64,000 nt of DNA from NCBI GenBank assembly GCA_012514035.1, contig JAAZBB010000043.1, positions 19,463 through 83,462 on the forward strand, given 5' to 3'. Of the stretch, positions 51,498-60,840 are shown one piece after another (positions within the stretch are counted from its first letter, which is position 1; each line of letters begins with the position of its first letter). The notes beneath the pieces are model-generated. The model had not been told where the DNA came from. It saw only the letters and a list, made by a program, of their open reading frames with translations, and did no database searches. The position numbers were made by a program, and so were the translations under genes. The DNA is from Lentisphaerota bacterium (GTDB taxonomy: Bacteria > Verrucomicrobiota > Kiritimatiellia > CAIQIC01 > Lenti-01).

Positions 51498-51914
51498 ATG
51501 ACCATGGCCACTTTCCGATTCATATGCCCGCACTGCCGACAATCGATCGAGGCAACCTTCGAAATGCTGGGGCAATTGATGGATTGCCCCGCGTGCGGCG
51601 AGACCATCGAAGTGCAGAAGTCGCCCCTCAAGCTGCCGGTGCCGCCGCCCTCTCCGCCCCGGCCCCCACCCAAGCTGAAAATGCCCATGGCGTCCCCGTC
51701 CCCGAAAAAGCCGCCGCGGGTGAAGGAATATAAGGTACTGACACAAAATGACAAGGCGTTTGCTGGAGAATTCAGCCCCGAGAAGCTGGAACCGGTCATC
51801 AATACCTATGCCGCTCAGGGATGGCTGGTTGTTTCCGTCACCACGCTGAGGCTTTCGGCCGGACCGGGCGTCACCCGCGAAGAATTGATCGTGGTGATGG
51901 GGCGGGACAAATAG
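51498..51914 (+). CDS. zinc-ribbon protein with Pro-rich linker and DUF4177-like C-terminal domain
   Basis: FICPHCRQ..CPACGE, PVPPPSPPRPPPK, then EYKVLTQNDKAFAGEFSPEKLEPVINTYAAQGWLVVSV. Confidence 0.65.
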   Translation: MTMATFRFICPHCRQSIEATFEMLGQLMDCPACGETIEVQKSPLKLPVPPPSPPRPPPKLKMPMASPSPKKPPRVKEYKVLTQNDKAFAGEFSPEKLEPVINTYAAQGWLVVSVTTLRLSAGPGVTREELIVVMGRDK

Positions 51915-52017
51915 CCGCATGAGTCAGGGCGCCGCCGCGTCCTGACTATCGATTCCCTCCCCGGCCGTTCCTGCGGCGGGTACGGAAGCTGCCCTTCCGG
52001 AGCCCCTCAACAGTGGA

Positions 52018-52935
52018 TCATCGTTGCGGATTGTCCTCTTGATTATGACCGTTGGGCAGAAGGCGGCGGAGGCGAACGATCATGCGCTGGGCGCGGCGCT
52101 GGATGAGGACGGGGGCGATGGCGAGATAGCGGTCGGCGGAGGCGAGATAGTCCGCGTCGCTTTGCGGAAGGAAGTGGGCGTTGGGAGCGTAATGGGGAAT
52201 CGGCAGCCCGGTGGCGGGCTCGACGTAGTCGTCCAGATCGAGACGCTGGGCGAAACGGGCCAAGCCGTCCGGCGCGCGGAACTCGCGGAAGGCTTCGGCA
52301 TTGAGCTCGACGAGCCGGCAGAGGGTCGGGTCGGCAGCGGAGTCGGCCAGCAGGGCCAGGCGCAGGTTCTGCAAAAACGCGGGAAAGGCATCGCGCCACT
52401 CGGGGTGGGTGCCACGATAGGTGTTGAACGTGAGGCGGCCCAGGGAGCGGTTGGGAAGCGGCGCGAGATTGCCGAGGGTGTGATAAGTGCGGTGGAACGC
52501 GGCGGCGCGCGCGCGGAGGTCGTCGGAGGGCCGATGGCGTTCCAGTCCTGTGAAGCGGCCGGGCTGGTCGGGAATCGGTCGGCCCAAAAGCGTATGGAAG
52601 GTGTTGAGCGTATCGCCGCGATAGGCCCGGCCGGTCCCGATGGCCGGCAGGGCCAGTCCTGGCAGGGCCTCGGCATAGAGGACGTCGAACAGGGCGCGGA
52701 CGAGATTGCAATCGTCGGCGTCGAAGGTGCTGCCGGGGGCGCCGTAGAGTGGATGGCCGGCGAGGGAGGCCAAATCGAAATCGGCCAGGGCATCCAGATT
52801 TCCGTGGAGTTCCTCGGCGACGAATTTCCGGACGAGGCTGATCGCCTCCGGCGTCGGCGCGGCAAGAGCGGAAAACGGCAGGAGGACAGCCAGGAGAGCG
52901 ACGGAAACACAGGAACGGGCGAAGAGAATCTTCAT
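52018..52935 (-). CDS. secreted protein of unknown function
   Basis: From ATG 52935: signal peptide MKILFARSCVSVALLAVLLPFSALAAP. Internal RGDTLNTFHTLLGR and FHRTYHTLGNLAPLPN motifs. No family recognised with confidence. Confidence 0.6.
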   Translation of the reverse strand: MKILFARSCVSVALLAVLLPFSALAAPTPEAISLVRKFVAEELHGNLDALADFDLASLAGHPLYGAPGSTFDADDCNLVRALFDVLYAEALPGLALPAIGTGRAYRGDTLNTFHTLLGRPIPDQPGRFTGLERHRPSDDLRARAAAFHRTYHTLGNLAPLPNRSLGRLTFNTYRGTHPEWRDAFPAFLQNLRLALLADSAADPTLCRLVELNAEAFREFRAPDGLARFAQRLDLDDYVEPATGLPIPHYAPNAHFLPQSDADYLASADRYLAIAPVLIQRRAQRMIVRLRRLLPNGHNQEDNPQR

Positions 52936-53509
52936 GGAATGAGGCCTAGCAGAGTGCCCGAGGGCGGGCAAGAGGTTTGAAGAGGAGCATGAAGAAGTCG
53001 GGCGTGGATATTCGCTCGTCGAATCTCCGCCGGGCTGGTTGATCGTTGATGGCCAGATAAGTTGGTCGTCGGTCGTTGACCGTTGATCGCGCAGTTTCCA
53101 GCAACCACGAAGCGCCAATATTCAAGCCCCTGCACTCTTCTCCTCTTGGCGTCTTGGCACTTTTGCGTGAAATCACGTTCCCGCCCCATGTATTTTATCC
53201 TTCCGACCCTAGATGAAGACTTGTCCCTCGCTGCCACATGGCGAATCATATTGTCATGATGCACACCGGGGCATATGCAATTTTAGCTGGGATCCTGCGG
53301 GCCAAAACAGCTTGCGCGAAAACACGCCTCACCGGCCTCATTCCGCTGGCCGAAGAATTGCGCGGGAGCGTCCCGATCGAGTCGGTGGATCACGCGACCC
53401 TGGTCCGGAAGGCCAAAGCGGCCCCTCGCACCGGCCATCACCAGCAGTAAAATGCCCTGGCCTGCGCGGCGCGCGAGTTTCCTGGGCAGGCGACGGAGTC
53501 GCCGGACCA

Positions 53510-54736
53510 TCAAGGCGCGAGGACGCTCCGCGGCTTCATCACCACATGAACCCGAGTTGTGCCGAACGTCTCCAGATACACGCGCTGGCGGGATCCCTCA
53601 TTGTCAATTTGTGCGCCGGGATTGGCGGAAACGGTTTCGCAACCCGGTGGCAGCAGGACTTCGATCCGCGGCAGATTGGTGAGGCGGTCGAAGATCAGCG
53701 TGCCATCCGGCCCGGCCGCAAAAGAGGCCGGGTGGATGTAGATCTTTTCCAGCACGTAGCGATCCAGATGGCTCTCCCGGATTTCCGGATTATCGACCGC
53801 CACGCCCGGATAGACGCCCTGGGTGACGAAGGCCGCCTGCAAGTCCTGGTCGGTCAGGCCGTCGTAGGCATCGTAGGATTCGATGACCGTATCGGGGGCG
53901 GAGGCCATGATCTGGAATGTGGCCGAAGGGTGGAGGATGGCCAGGGCAAAGCGCCCGGGCTCGGTCGGCAGGTTGTACTGGACCAGGGGATGCCCGGCGA
54001 TGGCCTGACTCATGACCACCTGCATCATGCTGCGGCTGCCTTCCGGGGAGACGTCCGAGGCGATCAGTAATTCTTCCGGCCTGGCGGCGCGGATTTCGTT
54101 GCCAACGGTCAAATCCTGGCCCGTCATGAGGGTTCGGTTACCATCGAAGATATTGGCGACAAGTTCAACAGACGCCCCGTCCTGGACCACAACTGCTGTT
54201 TCATTGCCTTGAAACACGTTGGCTTGCAGGATGGGCACGAGGGGGCCTTGGACCCGGACGCCGACCTGATTGTTTTGAATCACATTGCGCCCCACGTAAG
54301 GATTGGCCTCTATGATGGCAATCCCCGTGGCATTGGTGCCGCAATCCAGCACGTTGTTCACCAGGCAGGCCGAACCGCCATCGAGCCGGATGCCTTCGCG
54401 GACGATGTCCGCCACCTCGCAGGCGAAGACCCCCATGAATCCCTTCTGGCTGCGAATACCGATTTGGCCGTTTCGGATCGTGCAACCGATGAGAGCGGCG
54501 TTGTTGGCCATGAAGACGACCGTGCCAGCGCCCGCGCCATCCAGGATTGTGTGGCCCGCACCCGCACCCACCAGTGTGAATCCCTCCGGCAGGAAAATGG
54601 ATCCGGAATATTCGCCCGCGGGCAATTCCACCCGGCCGGTGGCGGCGGCGGCCTGAATGGCGTCTTGGACCGTCCTCGCCTGCACGACAAACGTCAGGGC
54701 GATCAGCCAGAAAGAAACCAAGCGGATTGTCTTCAT
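53510..54736 (-). CDS. secreted right-handed beta-helix (NosD/pectate-lyase-fold) repeat protein with unknown C-terminal domain
   Basis: Signal MKTIRLVSFWLIALTFVVQA. Repeated ..N..I..C...GI.. turns (CTIRNGQIGIRS, NNVLDCGTNATGIAI, NVIQNNQVGVRV, NVFQGNETAVVV). Confidence 0.7.
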   Translation of the reverse strand: MKTIRLVSFWLIALTFVVQARTVQDAIQAAAATGRVELPAGEYSGSIFLPEGFTLVGAGAGHTILDGAGAGTVVFMANNAALIGCTIRNGQIGIRSQKGFMGVFACEVADIVREGIRLDGGSACLVNNVLDCGTNATGIAIIEANPYVGRNVIQNNQVGVRVQGPLVPILQANVFQGNETAVVVQDGASVELVANIFDGNRTLMTGQDLTVGNEIRAARPEELLIASDVSPEGSRSMMQVVMSQAIAGHPLVQYNLPTEPGRFALAILHPSATFQIMASAPDTVIESYDAYDGLTDQDLQAAFVTQGVYPGVAVDNPEIRESHLDRYVLEKIYIHPASFAAGPDGTLIFDRLTNLPRIEVLLPPGCETVSANPGAQIDNEGSRQRVYLETFGTTRVHVVMKPRSVLAP

Positions 54737-54944
54737 TCGCGTCCCTTTCATCGTCTGTAATTGTCGCCGTCCGCAAGGGGCTGTCAAGCCATTTGGGCAG
54801 GGCAAGTGCATTTGCACCATCCTCATCTTTGTCAGTGTCAGACACTGACAATGTTGACAATTTATTCCGAGTCCACCGGCTGACGATCCGCCCGGCGCGC
54901 GTGTCTATGCAGTTTGTCAGAGGGCAGCATAATGCATCCGGCCC

Positions 54945-55193
54945 ATGCGGCTTCTGGCTTTCATGGGCGCCGGGGTTTTGTTTTACTCCCTGGGAATGAA
55001 AATCGATCCCCAGGCGAAACACGGTATGCGCGAATGCCCCGGATGCGCGATGGAGGTCCCGGCCAACGAGAACCGCTGTCCCATCTGCGGCTACGAATTT
55101 CCCGGGCGGGGGCCCTTGCACAGGAACCTGGTCTGGATCGTGCTGCTGATGCTAGCCCTGCTGCTGATTCCCCTGTTCCTGTCCCTGCGTTAA
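54945..55193 (+). CDS. small zinc-ribbon membrane protein
   Basis: CPGCAMEVPANENRCPICGYEF followed by TM helix LVWIVLLMLALLLIPLFL. A start at ATG 54996 is equally possible. Confidence 0.55.
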   Translation: MRLLAFMGAGVLFYSLGMKIDPQAKHGMRECPGCAMEVPANENRCPICGYEFPGRGPLHRNLVWIVLLMLALLLIPLFLSLR

Positions 55194-55477
55194 CCAGAGT
55201 GAATCTGAACCCATGCGCTCATGAAAAACAGGAGTTTGATTCGGGGGCAACCCTGTTTCATTGACAACGATCAGCCAAACTTGGAGTGCAGCGGAAAGCG
55301 AGGCTCGGTGAGCGCCACGGCGCCAAGCACCTTGACCCCGCACTCCTAAACAGCCAACCAGGGGAGCCGGCGGGGCGATGCCCATCGGCCCATGCAACGG
55401 AGAGGCGCCCGTTTGATTCCGGTCGGCCGGATTTTCTTTCCCTTTTATGAGTTCATGAGTTCTGATTAACTCTTTTC

Positions 55478-56143
55478 ATGCGCAAGCGCCCCCTTCGCAT
55501 CCTGGTCTCGGACTTCGACGGCACGATGACGAAGCACGATTTCTTCGATCTGGCCCGGCGGGATCTGCCCTCCGCGGCCGGTCATGATTACTGGCAGGAC
55601 TACGTAGATGGCCGGATCACCCATTTCGAAGCCCTCCAGGGCATTTTCGGCGCCATCCGCACCGATTGGGCCGGCATGGAAGGCGTCATGGACCGCATGG
55701 AACTGGATCCGGCGCTGCCCGAGGCCGTGGCCCGGCTCCAGACTGCCGGTTGGCGGATCATCGTAGCCTCGGCAGGCTGTGGCTGGTATATCGAGCGCCT
55801 GCTGGACAAGGTTGGCGTGCGGCTGGAAGTGTATGCCAATCCCGGCGAGTTCGCCCCGGAAACGGGCCTGCGCCTGACGCTACCGACAACTTCGCCCTAT
55901 TTCCGGTACGAGACCGGCATTGATAAACCGGGCATCGTGCGCGCCGCCCTTGAGCGCGATCCCCAGGCGGTGTTCGCCGGCGATGGCCGCCCCGACCTGG
56001 CGCCGGCAAGCCTTGTCTCACCCGATTGCCGCTTCGCCACCGGCTGGCTGGCCCACCATTTCCAGAACATCGGCGAACCGTTCCATCCCTTTGAAACGTG
56101 GTCACAAATCGCCACCTGCCTGCTGGAGAAAACGCCATGCTGA
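55478..56143 (+). CDS. HAD-superfamily phosphatase (HAD-IB, MtnX/PSP-like)
   Basis: ILVSDFDGTMTKHDFF (DxDxT motif I), ASAG (motif II-like), GDGRPD (motif IV). Confidence 0.75.
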   Translation: MRKRPLRILVSDFDGTMTKHDFFDLARRDLPSAAGHDYWQDYVDGRITHFEALQGIFGAIRTDWAGMEGVMDRMELDPALPEAVARLQTAGWRIIVASAGCGWYIERLLDKVGVRLEVYANPGEFAPETGLRLTLPTTSPYFRYETGIDKPGIVRAALERDPQAVFAGDGRPDLAPASLVSPDCRFATGWLAHHFQNIGEPFHPFETWSQIATCLLEKTPC

Positions 56144-57189
56144 ACCGCACCCAGATTTCCATTCCGAACCTAGTCCGGGTCAAACCCGGGGCCGCCGGCC
56201 GCGTGGGAATCTACGCCCGACGCCATGCCTTTTCCGAGATCGTTGTGCTCCACAGCGCCGATCTCCACATGGATTTGATGTACCAGCTCTGCGACGGCTT
56301 GCGGGCGGAGCAGATTTCCGTCCTGCACCGCTGGCCGGTGGCGGAAGCGTCGTTCGAGCAGGCGCGGGCGTTGTTCCCGCAGATTCCGGCGCGCACGCGA
56401 GCCATCATCGGCTATGGGGGCGGCAAGGCGCTGGATGTCGCCAAGTACGTGGCATTCCTGACCCGCGTGCCCTACCTTGCGGTGCCCACCTCCCTGTCCA
56501 ACGACGGGTTTTGCAGTCCGCAGTCGAGCCTGACGCTGGAGGGTCGGCGCAAATCCCTGCCATCCGCCATGCCGTTCGGCGTCGTCATCGACACGGAAAT
56601 CTGCCTGGCCGCGCCGGAAATTCTCTGGCTGGCGGGCGTGGGCGACCTCGTCGCCAAACTGACGGCAGTAACGGACTGGAAACTGGCCTTCAACGCGGTG
56701 GGCACCCTGGTGGACGACTTCGCCGCATTGTTGTCCGACGCCACCGTATTCCAGTTCATCGCCCGCCCGCTTCGCGACCTCGAAGGGGTGCGGCTGCTGG
56801 GCACCTCGCTGATGCTCAACGGCATCGCCATGGAAGTCTGCGGATCCTCCCGCCCGGCCAGCGGCAGCGAGCACCTCATTTCCCACGCGCTGGATTCCCT
56901 TGGCGGCAAGCCGCACATGCACGGCCTGCAGGTCGGCGTGGCGGCCTATCTCGTCAGCCTGCTCCAAGGCAGGAATGCGGACATCATCGCCAACCTGTTC
57001 GACACAACCGGATTCTGGCAAATGGTGGAACGCGACCCGTTCCGGCGGGCCGACTGGCTGGAAGCCATCCGCCGCGCCCCGGGCATCAAGCAGGACTTCT
57101 ACACGGTGCTTTCCTCGCGCGACTGTCTGCCCGAGGCCGAGGAATTCCTCCGCACCGATGCGCACCTGCGAAAGTGCGTGGTGGGGTGA
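56137..57189 (+). CDS. sn-glycerol-1-phosphate dehydrogenase-like (AraM/EgsA family, iron-ADH fold)
   Basis: GYGGGKALDVAKYVA, VPTSLSNDGFCSP, GVGDLVAK, SGSEHLISHALD, MHGLQVGVA. Start overlaps the HAD gene stop (ATGCTGA). Confidence 0.7.
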   Translation: MLNRTQISIPNLVRVKPGAAGRVGIYARRHAFSEIVVLHSADLHMDLMYQLCDGLRAEQISVLHRWPVAEASFEQARALFPQIPARTRAIIGYGGGKALDVAKYVAFLTRVPYLAVPTSLSNDGFCSPQSSLTLEGRRKSLPSAMPFGVVIDTEICLAAPEILWLAGVGDLVAKLTAVTDWKLAFNAVGTLVDDFAALLSDATVFQFIARPLRDLEGVRLLGTSLMLNGIAMEVCGSSRPASGSEHLISHALDSLGGKPHMHGLQVGVAAYLVSLLQGRNADIIANLFDTTGFWQMVERDPFRRADWLEAIRRAPGIKQDFYTVLSSRDCLPEAEEFLRTDAHLRKCVVG

Positions 57190-57207
57190 TGCGGGGCGGA
57201 GAAGATC

Positions 57208-57320
57208 GGAATGCCGGAATGGGGGAATGAGGGGGAATGGAACAATGGATTGTATGGATTGATTTCTGCGCTGGGTTTCTTCTCCAGCATTCCCAACATT
57301 CCAGCGTTCCAGTATTTCCC
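57208..57320. repeat. imperfect hairpin built from GGAATG units
   Basis: GGAATGCCGGAATGGGGGAATGAGGGGGAATGGAACAATGG ... CATTCCCAACATTCCAGCGTTCCAGTATTTCC, in the spacer before glyQS. Confidence 0.55.
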
Positions 57321-57369
57321 TTCGCCTCGCTTGACGCGCCGGGTGGTTTGGCGCATCCTGCGGCCTCAT

Positions 57370-58950
57370 ATGAGCAAGAATCTCGACATGGAAATCCTGG
57401 CCTCTCTCTGCAAGCGGCGCGGATTCATCTTTCAATCTTCGGAACTCTACGGCGGCATCAACGGTTTCTGGGACTACGGGCCCTTGGGCAGCGAGCTGAA
57501 ACGCAACATCCGTGACGCCTGGTGGAAATCCGTGGTCCGCGCACGCGAGGACGTGGTGGGCCTGGACGCCTCCATCATCATGCACCCGGACATCTGGAAA
57601 GCCTCGGGCCATGCCGATGGCTTCGCTGACCCGATGGTGGACTGCAAAGTCTGCCGGAAGCGCTTCCGCGCCGACCAGCTGTGCGCGGAGCAGGGTCTTG
57701 AGCTTCTCAAGACGGCCGCCGGGTTCGCGCTACCCGACGGGGCGGCCTGTCCGGCCTGCGGTGCGAGAGATCTGACCCCGCCCCGAAGTTTCAACTTGAT
57801 GTTCAAGACCTTCATTGGCCCGGTCGAGGATGATTCCAGCAGCGCCTGGCTGCGGCCGGAAACGGCCCAGGCCATCTTCGCGCAGTTCAACAACATCCTG
57901 GCGACCTCCCGCCAGAAGGTACCGTTCGGCGTGGCCCAGATGGGCAAGAGTTTCCGCAACGAGATCAACCCCCGGAACTACACCTTCCGCTCGCGCGAGT
58001 TCGAACAGATGGAGCTGGAATTCTTCATCCGGCCCGACGAGGCCATCGCCTTGATCTGCGGCCAGGTCACCACCCTGGCCGATGAACCTGACCTGGCCGG
58101 GAAACCGCAGGCCAGCTGGGGCTGGGAGGTCTGGCACCGCTATTGGGTTGAACAGCGGCTGGCATGGTACCGCGCCATCGGCTTGCCGGCGGAGGATCTC
58201 CACCAGCACTGGCAGACCGGAAATGAGCTGGCCCACTACGCCCGCGCCTGCGTGGACATCGAATACGCCTTTCCCTTCGGGGTGCAGGAGCTGGAAGGCA
58301 TTGCCGCCCGGTCCGATTTCGACCTGTGCCAGCACCAGAAACGCTCCGGCAAACCCCTGGACGTTTTTGACGAAGCCCTGAAACAGGCCGCGGACAAGCT
58401 CGATGTCGCCGCCAAGGAAGCGTTCGCCGAAAAGGTCGTGGCCGAGTGGACCGGCCGCGGCAAATCCGCTGAGGACGCCCGCGCCTTCGTGACCAAGTTG
58501 TACGAAGGCAAGTTCGTGCCGCACGTCATCGAACCCTCCGCCGGCACCGATCGCCTCGCCCTCGCCCTGCTTTGCAACGCCTACGACGAGGAAACGCTGA
58601 CCGACGACAAGGGCAAAACCGACCAGCGCACCGTGATGCGCTTTCATCCGGCCATTGCCCCCATCAAACTCGGCGTCTTCCCGCTGGTCAAGAACAAGCC
58701 CGAATTATATGCCAAAGCCCGCGAGATCTTCGCCAAGCTCCAGCGCCGCTGGAACTGCTTCTGGGATGAATCGGGTGCCATCGGCCGCCGCTACCGCCGC
58801 ATGGACGAAGCCGGCACCCCGTGGGGCGTCACCGTGGACTTCCAAACGCTCGAAGACGGCACCATGACCCTGCGCGACCGCGATAGCATGGCCCAGGTGC
58901 GGCTGACCTTGCCACAACTCATCGAAAAACTTGATGACGAAATCGGGTAA
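57370..58950 (+). CDS. glyQS: glycine--tRNA ligase (dimeric class II type)
   Basis: LCKRRGFIFQSSELYGGINGFWDYGPLGSELKRNI, FRNEINPRNYTFRSREFEQMELEFF, VIEPSAGTDR. Confidence 0.9.
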   Translation: MSKNLDMEILASLCKRRGFIFQSSELYGGINGFWDYGPLGSELKRNIRDAWWKSVVRAREDVVGLDASIIMHPDIWKASGHADGFADPMVDCKVCRKRFRADQLCAEQGLELLKTAAGFALPDGAACPACGARDLTPPRSFNLMFKTFIGPVEDDSSSAWLRPETAQAIFAQFNNILATSRQKVPFGVAQMGKSFRNEINPRNYTFRSREFEQMELEFFIRPDEAIALICGQVTTLADEPDLAGKPQASWGWEVWHRYWVEQRLAWYRAIGLPAEDLHQHWQTGNELAHYARACVDIEYAFPFGVQELEGIAARSDFDLCQHQKRSGKPLDVFDEALKQAADKLDVAAKEAFAEKVVAEWTGRGKSAEDARAFVTKLYEGKFVPHVIEPSAGTDRLALALLCNAYDEETLTDDKGKTDQRTVMRFHPAIAPIKLGVFPLVKNKPELYAKAREIFAKLQRRWNCFWDESGAIGRRYRRMDEAGTPWGVTVDFQTLEDGTMTLRDRDSMAQVRLTLPQLIEKLDDEIG

Positions 58951-59470
58951 CGACAGCAAGAACCCGCAAATGGCCAACCCGCCCATGGACTTTCACATCC
59001 TTCGCCCAATCCTTGGCCTGACTGCTGCCAGCGCGGTTGCCGTGGGCATTGCCTGGTTCTGGTGGCCTCCTGCAACCCCGCCCTCTACAACGGCAATCCC
59101 GGCAACGTCCGAGCCTTCATCTGAACCCGTTGCCAGCGGGGAATCGGTTCCGGAAATCCAACCACCCGATGCCAAGCCTCCCGCACAGGAGGAACCCGGA
59201 ACTGCGGGTGCGGTTTACAAGATCAATGATGTCGTCGAATTGCGCCGCCTGAATGGCATCACCGACACGGGAATTCTGATGGGATTCTCTGGCGAAGGAA
59301 CCAGCCGCGTCGCCATCCTCGCCGCCCCCACTGGCGAAATTGGAGTGCCGCTGGTCGCGCTAGATCCCGCCTCCCGCCGCTGCCTCGACCCCAAATTCCA
59401 CGAAGCCTTCATCCAACATCTGATGAACACCCGCGGCCCCCAGGCCCCTGGCGAAAAACCGTCAGAATAA
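58931..59470 (+). CDS. TM-anchored protein with Pro-rich linker and small beta-domain (paralogue of the 23661..24500 C-terminus)
   Basis: TM helix ILGLTAASAVAVGIAWFWW. C-terminal VELRRLNGITDTGILMGFSGEGTSRVAILAAPTGE. A start at ATG 58970 avoids overlap with glyQS. Confidence 0.6.
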   Translation: MMTKSGNDSKNPQMANPPMDFHILRPILGLTAASAVAVGIAWFWWPPATPPSTTAIPATSEPSSEPVASGESVPEIQPPDAKPPAQEEPGTAGAVYKINDVVELRRLNGITDTGILMGFSGEGTSRVAILAAPTGEIGVPLVALDPASRRCLDPKFHEAFIQHLMNTRGPQAPGEKPSE

Positions 59471-59520
59471 TTTCCGTGCACAGGTGGGGCGGGTTGACCC
59501 AACCCGCCGCGCCCTCCGAG
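59465..59520 (+). repeat. 56-nt direct repeat, left copy
   Basis: GAATAATTTCCGTGCACAGGTGGGGCGGGTTGACCCAACCCGCCGCGCCCTCCGAG, containing the hairpin GGCGGGTTG/CAACCCGCC. Confidence 0.7.
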
Positions 59521-59738
59521 CCGGAGTGTCTTCCCTGTTCGTTCTTGTTTTCCCAAAGGCGTGATGGCAGCCTTGCAAACCTTGAGAACGCTGTTTCAGG
59601 CCGGTCCCGACGGGTGTGTGCCCGTGCCTGCCGAAACGCGATTGCTTACATTTAACTTTCTCAAGGTGGAGCCAGGCCCCGAACCGGCTGCGCCAACAGT
59701 AGTCTGACCAGACGTCAGCACGCAACTTCGGAGGAAAC

Positions 59739-60812
59739 ATGCGCAGGTCGTTATCATTCCCGGTCGTCGTGATCTTATTGGCGCTCATTGCATCGTTGCT
59801 CGGCTGCTCGCATGCGATCCCGACATCATCGCCGATCAGCACTCCTGCATCCTCGGCCTTTCAGACGGTCGCCACTACGGCGCCGACCGACTACTCCCTA
59901 GCGGACAACTGGATAGCGGCGCCGCAATCCACCGACAAGCCGGCCGACGTCTTTTACCTATACCCGACGGTCTTCCAACGCGCCTCGAACGAGGCACCGG
60001 TGACCTCCGAAATCGACGACCCGGGCATGCGCGAGCGCGCGCCCTGGTCATACGAGCGACAGGCCAGCGTGTACGAGCCCGTGGCAAACGTGTTCGCGCC
60101 CTACTACCGACAGCTTGACGCGTACTGCGCACTCGTGCTACCGGAAGCCGAGCTGGACGAGCTCGTCGGCGGGATACCCGCCACCGATGCCACGGCAGCA
60201 TTCGAGTACTACTTGGAGCACTACAACAACGGTCGCCCCTTTATTCTCGCCGGACACTCGCAGGGATCCGACGTCCTTCTCTTCCTGCTCTCGGGGTATC
60301 TCAAGGAGCACCCGGAGATGTACCAGCGCATGGTAGCCGCCTATGTCATCGGCTACTCGGTGACAACTCGGTTCCTGGAGGCCAACCCGCACCTCAAGTT
60401 CGCCGAGGGCGCGGACGACACCGGAGTCGTCGTCAGCTGGAATACCGAGGCGCCGGAGGTGGAGGGCGAGAATCCGGTCGTCAAACCGGGCTCCCTCGCG
60501 ATCAATCCGATCAGTTGGACTCGCGACGAAACAACCGCCACGGCACAGCAGAACTTGGGATCGCTTGTGAAAGAGAACGGCGACCTAGCGAGAAATGACG
60601 ATGGCTCCTTCAAAATCGTCGCGGACTACGCCGATGCGCGCGTTGATCTCAAGCGAGGCGTGATTATCTGCAGCACCGTTCCGGTCGACGAATTGGCACC
60701 GGGCAGCGACCTGTTCCCCCGGGGCGTATTCCACACCTTCGACTATTCGTTCTTCTACATGAACATCCGTTCCAATGTGGCTGAACGGATCGCGGCGTAC
60801 CTCGGTGAGTGA
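59739..60812 (+). CDS. DUF3089-like alpha/beta-hydrolase lipoprotein
   Basis: Lipobox ALIASLLGC. Nucleophile elbow ILAGHSQGS. DVFYLYPT near the N-terminus. Confidence 0.7.
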   Translation: MRRSLSFPVVVILLALIASLLGCSHAIPTSSPISTPASSAFQTVATTAPTDYSLADNWIAAPQSTDKPADVFYLYPTVFQRASNEAPVTSEIDDPGMRERAPWSYERQASVYEPVANVFAPYYRQLDAYCALVLPEAELDELVGGIPATDATAAFEYYLEHYNNGRPFILAGHSQGSDVLLFLLSGYLKEHPEMYQRMVAAYVIGYSVTTRFLEANPHLKFAEGADDTGVVVSWNTEAPEVEGENPVVKPGSLAINPISWTRDETTATAQQNLGSLVKENGDLARNDDGSFKIVADYADARVDLKRGVIICSTVPVDELAPGSDLFPRGVFHTFDYSFFYMNIRSNVAERIAAYLGE

Positions 60813-60840
60813 CGCGTCGCTGTGAGTTTCGTTTGTGGTT

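Noticed and set aside
53238-53450. 70-aa plus-strand ORF (..GLIPLAEELRGSVPIESVD..) that faintly recalls AbrB/antitoxin-like peptides.
   Set aside because: The resemblance is weak, I see no partner toxin gene and no convincing ribosome-binding site, and it sits in a repeat-containing gap.
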